This document shows, one piece after another, positions 1 through 11,296 of a stretch of 40,053 bases of DNA. Within the stretch, counting starts at the first letter, position 1, and each line of letters starts with the position of its first letter. This DNA comes from Batkoa obscura (taxonomy: Eukaryota): positions 1 through 40,053 of the forward strand of contig JASVEC010000153.1 in NCBI GenBank assembly GCA_030770535.1. The letters run 5' to 3'. The translations under genes were made by a program, and so were the position numbers. The notes below the pieces were generated by a model that did not search any database, had not been told where the DNA came from, and saw only the letters and a list, made by a program, of their open reading frames with translations.

Positions 1-2
1 CT

Positions 3-830
3 TTAACATATTCGGTAGATTCTGGCTCTAAACTTCTCATCATTTCTTTTGATTTTCGAATAATGATAAAAGGAAAAGAAAGAAACAAATATTACCAACA
101 TGATAATGGAGGATAATTATTTATACTAATAAAAAACTTATAGATTCATCATCCAAGTCATTGATATAAATAGAAGCATAAAACAGCAACTTGTAACCAA
201 GCGAAAACAACAAACTACCAAGTATAGCGGAAAAGTATAATTTAAAAAAAGCTTGGAAAAAGAAACTGAAAAATAAAAATAAACCTGAAAGACTTAACTT
301 ATGATAATGATTTGTATAAAGTTGTGTGTTAATAGTCCAATAAATATGCCTAGCAATAATCCAAAATTTATACTTAATAAAATATTAGCTAATAGTTCAA
401 TATGCGCCACTATCGATCCCATTATTATCCCTATAAGTACACTACCTACTAAATTTATAATTAATTTAATATGTACTTGTCGTCGGAATTCCAAATAAGC
501 GCTCTCTACTTCATATACATCCTCTATCGTTGGCATTTTTAACCAGTATAGCAATAGTATGTTACTCACCAATATGCATAGTATAAAAAAGAACTTGAAG
601 CCAACGATAAAAATATTGATATTTTAATGTTTTTTGATCGTATTTTAATATGAATATTCCCAATAAAACTAGCAAGGATCCAACTACATAAACAGCTTGA
701 AATAAACCAACTAAACATTGAAGTTAAACTTGGCTATTTTTAATCTACAGAAATACAAGTACCTGAGGACCTTAAAACGGAATCAATATTATTCCAGCAT
801 CCATTTGAAAGTTTTAATAAATGATATAAA
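3..830 (-). pseudogene. Multi-pass membrane protein (DUF4203/TMEM198-like?) with apparent frameshifts
   Basis: GT-AG introns at 762-711 and 569-524 join NGCWNNIDSVLRSSVGLFQAVYVVGSLLVLLGIF..MHIEDVYEVESAYLEF..LLGIFIGLL. Further hydrophobic segments (FSAILGSLLFSLGY; LSSIIMLVIFVSFPFIII..RIC*) continue only in other frames. Start codon not resolved; family call is from recall only. Confidence 0.4.
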
Positions 831-1347
831 AAAGATTTAGTTTGATATCATTTTTCTATTTATTTATACCTTAAAGTACCCATGATTTCTACCATTGTTT
901 TTGTCCACCTCACGTTTGCTTAAAATTAAAAAAGTAAAACTTAACCTTAATTGAGAGGTACTATGAATTCATATCATATTAAGTACTTTAGAGCTAACAA
1001 TGAGTAATGAATACTATCATTAAAAATACTTTGAACTTTAAAAGTCAATTGTTTAAAATTGATCCCATTAAAACTGTATAAGTTTGGATATACTACTAAT
1101 ACAATAGACTGCAATGAGTAATTAAATAAATTATTCAAAGTAAAATCTCAAAAATACAAGCTACCATGTGTAAAGTAATTCCCTTTATTTAGGAAAAACA
1201 TCATTCTTTTATTCTGATCTTGGACTAGCCTTTTTAAGACGATTTTTAATATGCTATTTAAGATTTACAAAAAATCGGAGATTTTGCAATTATAGTTTGC
1301 TTGATTAATAATTTAAATAAATATTAACAATTCAAATTAGAGAGTAA

Positions 1348-1419
1348 AGCATCTTGGCGCAGAGGAAGCGCGCGGGGCTCATAACCCCGAGGTCGAAGGA
1401 TCGAAACCTTCAGATGCTA
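1348..1419 (+). tRNA. IMT: Initiator tRNA-Met (CAT)
   Basis: Acceptor stem AGCATCT/AGATGCT with A1-U72, anticodon CAT at 1380-1382 in a GGGG/CCCC stem, T-loop GATCGAAA (A54/A60) diagnostic of eukaryotic initiator tRNA; 72 nt. Confidence 0.96.
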
Positions 1420-2329
1420 TAAAACTGTTTTGGACAGTCTTTTTGTAACTATACTATCCTATCGTAAACAATTTTTTTACTGTTTTGATATAACAAAGTG
1501 TTAGATTTAATATTGTCATAAATATATATGAGTTCAATAGTTTTAAAATTTCAAAAAGTAAAGTTTGAATAAATTTAAATACGGTGTTTTTTGTTTTGAT
1601 GTTTGTCAAATATTTCTTTAATTCCATGTTGTATAAAAAATGAGTAAAGCAGTAAAATACCAACCACAACCCTATAAATAAGTTGTAATATTTTATATTT
1701 CAATAGAATAGCAGGTTTTTTCACTAAAGTATGCATTTTATTAAGGATACATACATGTAGCTTCTACTAAATTTCACTGTTTTGAAATCTTGAGAATACC
1801 CTGAATCTTTTTTTCGTTTTTAGCAACTATTTAATACAAATGGTTTGAAATAATCTCATGAAATTCAATAGTACATTCAAAAGGCACTATTAGTCCAAAA
1901 ATTAGAACTTTATTTTAAAATAGAGCTAAATCTATTAACTCTAATCATTAAACCATCATCCCTTCACTCACAAGGTCAATTGCAGATAAACTATCGAAAA
2001 AAACTGGAATTGGCTATTCAATTAATTCATCTCCCACGGCAAAAGACGTCATTCCAGTTTAAAATAGGTCGTTGTTTTAGGCTTGGATTACCAAATTAGT
2101 AAATATTAAGTGTAATGAATTAATATTAACTGACACAAGATTAAGGTAAGGAAAAAGTAGTGTTTTTAAATTTTGCTTTTTTATTTGTTTTATCAAAAAA
2201 ATTAATAGATTCAATTATAAAAAATAAAATAACAATCATAATAAATAATAAAGTTAATAGCAGGAATAATTTTCAACTTCAAGTATAACAACAAAAAAGT
2301 CCAAAGACAACCCAACAAACTCATAAAAT

Positions 2330-4339
2330 ATGTCTTTCCCTTCTCTCAACACATTATTAAATACCAAGCCTGAGATAGGAGTTACGGAGGTAACTATCGA
2401 ATCATTTGCAAGCTCGGATAAATCATTAAAAACTGAAGAGACACCGTTATTATCAGGAGGTAGTCCCAACTCTTTTTTAACCAATACTCCAAGGTTACTA
2501 GATGAAAAAATAGATAAAAAATTGCATCGACGTTCTCAATCGGATAATTCATTAGGTAATAGTGTAAAAATGAGTAATGGTTCACCCCTAAAATCACCAA
2601 GTGCGCTGGAAGCGGTAAGATTGTTGGCAAAGACGCATACGAGCGAAAAGAGAAGTGAAAGTCCAAGTGGGGGTAATGGATTTAAAATTTCAAATTTGTT
2701 TTGGAGCTTGGAAGACCCATTACCAAAAACAAGTAAGCTTATGATTAAAATTAAGCTGTATTTTTTTTATAAATTTTAGGTAATAGTTATTCAAGTTCTG
2801 TTTTATTTTCGGGTTGGAACAATAGTTATGAGTCGTCAGCAAAGGTGGGCGGTAAGGTATTTAAAATACCTTTAAGTCAAGCGGTAGAAAATTCGATGGT
2901 TAATAAAGAAGTTCCTTTACCTGCCGTGGTTATTAGGTGTATTGAATACCTCGATAATGAAGGTAGCTTTTATTTATTTAATTTAGTAATTTATATTAAA
3001 CAACAAAAATAACAATGTAGGACTAAATGAGGTTGGATTATATAGAATACCAGGCAGTACTAGTTTAGTCGGACAACTAAAAGCGAAGTTTGATAGTGGA
3101 CAAGATTGTTTATTAAATGAAGACTCACCAGACCCACATGCAGTAGCTACTTTATTTAAGTTGTTTTTAAGGGAGTTACCAGAGACCATATTAACTAAAA
3201 AAGCTTTAACGCAAACTAATCATTTTTTAGCAAGTACAAACGTAATAGACTCCTCAGAAAAACCATTGATACCCAGTCACATCGATAACCGTGGGATCCA
3301 TTTAGCTGAACAAATTAAATTATTATTACAGGATATACCAAATGCCAATTATTATTTATTACATTGGACTTTTAGGCATTTGAGTAGAATTGTGCAGAAT
3401 AGTTCGATTAATAAAATGAATTTATCGAATTTGGGAGTCATATTTTGTCCCACTTTAGCTATTACTTCGAAATTATTTCGTATCTTAGTGGAATATAATG
3501 AGCTCATCTTCCCCCTACCAAGGCCGCCTTTCGACCAAAGTAGTAAAAAGCCATCACCAAGGCCATATTCTATTTCAAGTGTACAAACGAATAATTCAAC
3601 AGATAAAAGTTCGAATCAATCTTCTATCAATTCATTATCAAATTTATTAAAGTTAAAACAATTGGACTGTAAATATAAATCATCACCTTTAAAAACAGAT
3701 AATAATAAAATTGAAACAAAAGAAAAAGAAAATAAAAATACATTATTGTTTGAAAATCTAGCTGCATTAAGTGAGATGTTAAAGTTTGGACCTGGAAAAA
3801 CAGAGGACAAAGATAACTCAATTAATGGTTCTCAAAGAAGTCGAAATTCCATTATATCATATCAATCTAGTCCAAGGGTAAGACGATCACAATCTATTGA
3901 TTCTCCAAGGATTTCTATTATTGATGATAATAATGACAGTAGTAATGATCTACCCTCCTCTTTATTTGTTCAACCTGAAAAAGAATATGAAACTAAACCA
4001 AAAGTAATGACGGAAAAGGATAGAAAAAATAGCTCGCCTGGTATATTGCATTTGGATTATTATGATGGTCACGGTATTGCTCAAGCGTTGTTAAATATGA
4101 AGACTAGGAGAAATCAAAGTAGTATTAATAGGCAGCCTATTCAAAAGAGTAATTTTAATTTATTAAAACAACAAGAACTAAAGGGATCGAATGCTGAAAA
4201 TGGTGCTGGACTAAAGAAATCAGAGTCACCTGTATCTTCCCCGAATATATCACACCCGTTCAAGTTAGCTACTGAGGATGAAATTTTAAAGTCAAAAGCG
4301 TTGCTTAAAAAAGTAGATAAAGAGGATACTGGAGAGTAA
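2330..4339 (+). CDS. Rho GTPase-activating protein (RhoGAP domain), 3 exons
   Basis: Exons 2330-2732, 2780-2962, 3021-4339 splice in frame: KVFKIPL..LPAVVIRCIEYLDNEGLNEVGLYRIPGS (arginine finger)..DPHAVATLFKLFLRELPE..NKMNLSNLGVIFCPTL; Ser-rich disordered flanks. Confidence 0.92.
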
Positions 4340-4773
4340 AGGATTGCTTTGTAGGGGGATTGGAAAGTATATTGGGAATTTTTTTGTTATGTCATTTTGT
4401 CCTTTTTAAAGCAATGTTGAATTTAAAGAAATTATTAAATACCAAAGCAACAAAAAGTGGTACTATATAGTAAAGTGAATGGATTATTTATTTACGGATA
4501 AAGATGGTATGGCTGTAGGGTATGATAAGAATTTGAGGAGTTACTTTCCTTTTTAATAATAAAAATGAAGCTCCTAATTTATTTTTAATGAAGTAGTGCT
4601 TAGGTTGTAATCCTTTTCTAATTTATATTGCGTAGATTATTTTCTACTTGTATTATGTAGATTTAAATGTATTTGATTTATATGATTTGTTATATTATGT
4701 TATAAAATTTAGATTAGGTTTTAAATTTGATTTGTCATAGCCAATTTATAAGGTGAAGTTTGATTTGATATAT

Positions 4774-4870
4774 GGAGATGTATTTTTTTGTTTAACAATT
4801 TTATTAACAATTTTTCCACTCACATAGCGCTTAAGATATGGAAAAAGTAATGAAACTAGAAAACATCCTT
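4774..4870 (+). mobile_element. MITE copy (decayed termini)
   Basis: GGAGATGTATTTTT..TTTTTCCACTCACATAGCGCTTAA..GGAAAAAGTAATGAA..AAACATCCTT matches family consensus. Confidence 0.8.
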
Positions 4871-5527
4871 ATTGTACACTTGTAATATTAAAGATCTGAA
4901 ACCTAAAATTTAAAGTTAATAAAAAATCATAATGTTAATGGGCTGCGGTATAAATAGTTACTAAATTTTATTAAGTGACAATAACTCAATGACCAACGTC
5001 AAAGACCCACTTAATTTCAGATAACAAATAGTACATTTTCAAACATGCTATTTAAAAATATTTTATATTAGTGTAAATAAAGTCCGAAAGATTAGAGGAT
5101 AGAAAGCAAAAATAAAATAGATTAGCCACTAAAATTTCAAAAATTAATAAACTCATGTTTTAAAGTTTAATAAATCTAATAGATTAATTTAAAACTTTTT
5201 TAATAAAAAGAATATAATAAATCAAAAAATGAGACTAAAAATATGCAATATAAAATTTATTCTCATTTACTATATTCGGTAATCGTTGCTATTTTATTTA
5301 AAATGACTAATTTAAATTAAAGCAAAAGATAAAGTCAAAAGAATACAATTAAACTAAACCAAACTAAACCAAACTAAACTAGTATGCCTATTTATTCACA
5401 CAAACCCAATCTACTTTTAAATAGAAAAGAATAGGATTTACATTGGTCAACACCGTTGAGCTAAACATTCCCATCACTCCAAAATTCTTTAACATAGAAC
5501 AACTTCAAAAACTTTATAACCTTCTAA

Positions 5528-6544
5528 TTAACTCGTTTTGGAAAGCAATTTCCTAATAGCATTACCAGTATAAATAAATCCTACTTCAAAGCCTCTTAAA
5601 ATACTGGGATTTTTCAAAATAATTGTAATCAACACATAAAACTTGGCAATTGAATAAAGGATAGCGTATGCATATTGAAATTGGATAGGAGACACTTGAG
5701 AGGTAGTGAGTTCATAAATAGGTAACGAAATAAAGAATAAACCAGTTAAAAAATACACTATAGTAACAGGGATATATTTAATCAAAACATCTTTTGGTGT
5801 AATTGGAGCCGTTGGGACTGTTGTATATCTTTTCTCATTGATATGAGGATCCATGTCGTTTGGTTCTACAGGTTCTATAGAAGCTTCTGATCTTAAAACT
5901 TTTAAATTATATAACATTGGTGAATAAAATGGTAAATTTTCTTTCTTGTCAAAACGTGCCATTTTAAAGTAAGTGGATACAGTGATATAAATATGTAATA
6001 TACCAGCTGCTAATTGGGATACTATGAGTAATATGGTTGATAATATAGAAATCACTTCTTTACTATTATAACTAGTAGTACATTGTAGCTTAGAGTCTCT
6101 TAATTGAAATTGATTCATTGCGGATTGTATAGTACTAGTTAGACATATAATAGTGAAATGGATAAAGATAACTATAGACCAATTTTTGACGTTAGGTTTA
6201 CGATCTAGCACAACTGTTTCATAAAAGTAAGCGTAACGAAATATAACAGCACCTGGGAATAAAGTGACAGCTAAATTAAGTAGGAAACCCATAGCTTGAC
6301 ATAAGGATGGTGGAATCCTATTATCCATAGTAGAAACCCATTTTAAATTTAATGTTAAAGTGGAGACATCATAAAACAATAATACAAAACATAGTTGAAT
6401 AAGTAAGAAAGTGGCCAATCGAGAGTTGATCCTGATATCCGAGATAGATAAACTTAAAATCAATACATTAATTATAATAGAAAATACAGCAGATATTGAA
6501 ATTAATATAGCAAAAGCGTAGCCTAATAAGTCCTCACTGGACAT
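5528..6544 (-). CDS. Single-exon 7TM receptor, rhodopsin/class-A GPCR-like
   Basis: 338 aa, about seven hydrophobic helices, Cys at start of TM3 (SLCQAMGFL), FRY at the DRY position, ECL2 Cys (LQCTT), long loop between TM5 and TM6. Confidence 0.75.
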   Translation of the reverse strand: MSSEDLLGYAFAILISISAVFSIIINVLILSLSISDIRINSRLATFLLIQLCFVLLFYDVSTLTLNLKWVSTMDNRIPPSLCQAMGFLLNLAVTLFPGAVIFRYAYFYETVVLDRKPNVKNWSIVIFIHFTIICLTSTIQSAMNQFQLRDSKLQCTTSYNSKEVISILSTILLIVSQLAAGILHIYITVSTYFKMARFDKKENLPFYSPMLYNLKVLRSEASIEPVEPNDMDPHINEKRYTTVPTAPITPKDVLIKYIPVTIVYFLTGLFFISLPIYELTTSQVSPIQFQYAYAILYSIAKFYVLITIILKNPSILRGFEVGFIYTGNAIRKLLSKTS

Positions 6545-7479
6545 TTTAGAGTATTATGTTGGAAAAAGAGATTAAATTGATAGAAAAAGGTAGCTTGTTA
6601 ATAAGATTAAATTTTAGCTATATTTGGTTTTCTTTAGTGAATTTCTTTTGCATAAAAAGCTAGGCTTGCTAGTCTATTCTTGTAAAAAACCACTAAATTA
6701 TCGGTAGATTCAAAGTTTAATGCTTTGCTTTGAAATATGTTTTGAGTGGAAAAAAGAACGAAAATCCCTATTAATGTAAAAGCTAGATTCTCATTGATTT
6801 ATAATTTCATTTTATAGTTAATATATAATAAAGAATTAAAGAGTACTATGAAAAAAACGCAATAAATTGACTTATTTTATTCGAAACTTCTAAAGATATT
6901 GAACCATATCTTTTTTTCATTATGATGAATAACTAGTTCATTCCAAGAACAAAACACCTTATTTTAATAAAAACTTGAAAATTTAATAGTTTGATCAAGC
7001 TTCTATTTTGCTTAAATAGACAAATTACTTATTATAGTTAATATTAAACATGAGTGATTAATCGAAGTGATTATACCTGTTAATTTTTATTTTTGAACTC
7101 TATTTAAATTATTTTTTAACCCTCATTTTTTTGTATTTCATTATTATTATGGTGCTTTTATTATGGTTTGTTCTTCTACTACATAATCACTATCATACAA
7201 CAACAAACGAATTTCTGCATAGTTCTATTTGTATAACAATTTAGTGATACTTTATTTTATTTGTTTTAAAAAAAGGCTCTCCTAAATTTCAATAAAAATA
7301 TTTTTTATAAAAAATCATGCAATTTACTATGATTGAATAAAATGAGTATTTTGATTGCTTACCATTTAAAAAAAATTGTTCGTGACTTGAAATTCCATTT
7401 TCTTAATGTAGAAGATTCTATTTAAGGATATTAACAACCAATAATTTCTAAATCAAATTGCGTTTAGACTTTTGAAATA

Positions 7480-9340
7480 TTAAGCAATAAATGCAATGTG
7501 TAATAAGCTGATAAAATAATGATATAAAGTTGTAGTTTTAGTATGCAACTTTGAATCTGCTGTGTAGTTCGGTGTGTATTTAACTGACGTTTGGATTCTT
7601 TATTTCATCTATTAAAATATCGGTTTATGATTATTAAAGAAAGTTGTAAATAATTTATCTTTTTAACAAGTTAGAAATTCTTGAATAAATTGAACTATTG
7701 AAAGCATGGTAGTTATATTTCATTATTTTTACTATTATATCCAAAATTGAATTGCATTTAAACTATTAAATATTAAACTACAAATGTAAACTAAAGAGTT
7801 GAAGAATATGATATAATGATAGTAATCCCCTATGTTTAATAAAGTTCATTAAACTAAGTTTACGTTTAACACACATACCTTTTCCTTTGATTTACTAATA
7901 TTAAATGAAAGTATGGTTATACAATAAGGGTTATGAATAAATAGTATTTTTCTAGTAGTTTAAAACTATGGGTGATTTGTACTCATTGAAAATGTGGTTT
8001 ATCGGCTTTTGGATGTCTTATGTTATATCTCTTGAAATTTAATTTTATCTCAATGCCAAGAGGAGTACCATATGATCTTGTAAAACAATAATAAAAGCAC
8101 CTTATACTTAAGCTTTGTTCTAGTATTTACTTTGAAAAAGGTGTGTTAGGCTGTGAGCTTAATAACATAGTTAAAAATATGCTTTTTTATGTAGTTTGAA
8201 GGCTAGGGGTCCCAAGTATCTTGGTTTTAAAAGTAGAATAAAAAATAAAAAAGTGAAAAAATGAGTTTAAAGTAAACTATTAGAGTATAGGCTTGAGTTA
8301 CATATACCAAATCAGAATTACTTTCTTTTTTTAGAGGACATTGTATTCTATAACTTTTACATTCATTTTAACTAAATTAGCCCGAGTTGAAAAAGATTGA
8401 GAAAGTTTCTGGGCTAAGGTCAGCTTTATTGTTTTCTAAAACATTAGTATAATAAAAAAGTTTATAACCCTATTAACATTCATTTTCAATAATAATTTAG
8501 AATGTATTATTATTAAAATAAAATAAAACAACTCAAATTGTTAAATAAATAAATAAATAATTTTTTTCGAAATATATGTTATCCTTGGTCTTATTAGTTT
8601 TTTAAGCTTGTATTTAACATGTTAGTTTTTTTTAAAAACAATTATCTAATCAATATAACTATTTAACTAATACAGCTATTCAAACATCTAAAAGTTTTAA
8701 TATAATAATAATTATTTTTAAGAGTTTATTTACAAACTCACTTACTAAAATCTTTCTATAATATAGAGTCATTTGAAAGCTTAGAGTTAATTGTTATAAC
8801 AGATTGTAGTTTGATATGTTTTATTATTATTAGTTTGCAGTCAGTATTTTTTTATATGAATTAATAGCTATAGCTTTTATGATATCCTTGAATTTGTATA
8901 AAAAATAGTAGTTATAAATTTTAAATATATCTAGCTAGAACTTGTTCTACCAATTAAAAACTTTTGATTAAATTCAAGTTACTGAAAGTATACATTGCTA
9001 AACTGTCATTTTTATTACTCTAAAATGGAATGGCGCTTTTACTTTTTTATATATTTATTTTAACTACATATGCAAATGCAATAAAATTGCGGAATACTAA
9101 ACAATAATAGTAATTTACTATATTTAATAAAAGCTCATTAGACTCAGCTCATGTTTAATACACACAACTATTCTTTAAGCTTATTAATATTAAATGAAAC
9201 TATAGTTTACATTAATGGTTATAAATAACATTTTTAGTAGTTTAAAGTTTTGTAGCTGATTTATATTTGTTAAGGATAATAATTTTTCGGGTTTTAATAG
9301 CATTATTGTTTTGTTTTGAGATTTAATCTTATCTCAATAT
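7480..9340 (-). repeat. Diverged tandem duplication (~7480-8055 and ~8760-9340), probably decayed membrane-protein genes
   Basis: Collinear similarity, e.g. TACGTTTAACACACA..TAATATTAAATGAAAGTATGG..TAGTAGTTTAAA..GAAATTTAATTTTATCTCAAT vs ATGTTTAATACACACA..TAATATTAAATGAAACTATAG..TAGTAGTTTAAA..GAGATTTAATCTTATCTCAAT. Boundaries approximate. Confidence 0.65.
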
Positions 9341-9350
9341 TAATTAAAGT

Positions 9351-9445
9351 AGAAATGTCTTTTTTTGTTTAAGAAATCCATTGTGTTTTTCCATTAAAAA
9401 GCATTTAAAAATGGAGAAAATAATATAATCAAAAGAGACATCCCC
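9351..9445 (+). mobile_element. MITE copy (degenerate)
   Basis: Right TIR ACATCCCC+ATAT intact; body diverged from consensus. Confidence 0.65.
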
Positions 9446-11296
9446 ATATGGTTTAGAGCTATAATAAATTTATCTCGATTTCTAAGCTCTAATCGTATGT
9501 TTATTTGAGGCAAAAAGTGGTGTTAAGTAGATATTTAATATTAGAGTCAAAGGTTTGGTATAGTTTTTGATATTGATTGTATTAATAATAATTTCAAACA
9601 AGTTATCTAAAAAATAAAATAAAACTATTCGAATTTTCAAATAAATACGCTTTTTAAAATAGTTAATTTTTCATACTAGCTTTGACTATATTAATTTATT
9701 AGCTTATTACATAATTTTATTAAATTTATATTTAAATTTACTAGCTTTTATTTAAAAATTAAAAAAACAGTTATTTAGTTTATAAAATATTTCTATAAAC
9801 TTTTGAATGTCATTAACAACATCCCTCTCAACTTAGTGAAACTATTATTCTAGATACTATAACTTAGATCATTCACTTCGATCTGACTTAATATTGGTCT
9901 CAGTTTACTAATTACTTGAATAAGTTTGTACAAGGCTGAATTTAAAACAGTCAATCCCGTCTTATTCAGATCTAATCCAGGTACCCTAGAATTCGAGTGT
10001 CTTTATTCAATTGTGTAGTTAATTTTCTATTTGTTTACTCACTTCTCACGAACCACTTATCACCTTTAACTTGTAATCTCTTACTCTTCATTTCGCTCAC
10101 TTATACTTTTAAAAGGGTTGAGTACTCCTAAATGTTTTATTATTGAGATTTTAAATATATGGAATACAATCATTTCAAACAGATACAATTTACGTAATTT
10201 TAATCATTTTTTATTTTAATTTTTCTATACTAATTATGAAGTTTAGTTATAAATTTTTTATTAAAAAGATAAAAAATCATCAAAAAGCGGCCATTTTGCC
10301 ATTCACATGTGGAGTATATATTTACGAACTAGACGTATCTATACTAACAGCAGCTCTTCCATTATTACCAGTAGAAGCCTCCTGTACCACTATCATAAAA
10401 AATCTTTGACTATTGTTCTTTTCAATTTAACCTTATAGCTCAGCTTTGAGACATTAACATTTCATTATTCTAATTCGATATGAACCCTTAATCTCTATTC
10501 TCTAGCTAACCTCAACTAATTAGGCCAATTTCCAGCTAGTTTGACTACTCTTGTACAATTCATTTTTGTTGGTGCTAAACTTCTTGTCATCGTAACTGCA
10601 TGGATTGAATAAATATTTGTTACTTTTACGCTTTCCCTCTCTTCTTCTCTTGCTATATCATTTTTACTAAGGAAATTTCCTACTTAATCTTTAAATTCAA
10701 ATTAGAAGCACATTTGAAGCTAAAGCTTTGGTCGACATTGTCCCTAATTGTTCTCCCTTACCTTTTTCTTCTTCCGTTAATCTCTAACTTAAAGAGCTTT
10801 TCCTTTTTATTTCTCTTTTAAACTAATAAAAAACCTATCTTATATTATCCTCCATTAAATACTTCAATACATTACCTCATTGTATAGTAAACTAACGTCT
10901 TATTTGAATGTTGATCAAATTAAAATTTCTTTTCTCTTGATAATATGAATTTGTTCCTTAATGAACTTGATTCTTTCTAATCCTAGAATAATAACTCTTT
11001 TTTCCTTTTTACCTTATAACTTGCTTTTAATTTGACTATCTTGCATAATCAAATCCACTAACTTTGATAAAAAATAGCTTTCTTTGATTTTATCTTCCTT
11101 AGGTAATTCACACTTGTACCACTACTATTTAAATAAATTAAATATTCAAAATTTCAATAAAATTCAACCGAAATAATTATTTATAAAATAAAAACAAAAT
11201 AAAATAAAATTCAAATGACTTACAATTAATTAAAACTTCATAACTTAATTATATTAAATAATTTTTTATTCTTCTTTACTTTACTTTTACTTTTAT

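Noticed and set aside
2001..2060. 10-bp inverted repeat AAACTGGAAT/ATTCCAGTTT upstream of RhoGAP
   Set aside because: Single occurrence, no TSD or other support; can arise by chance.
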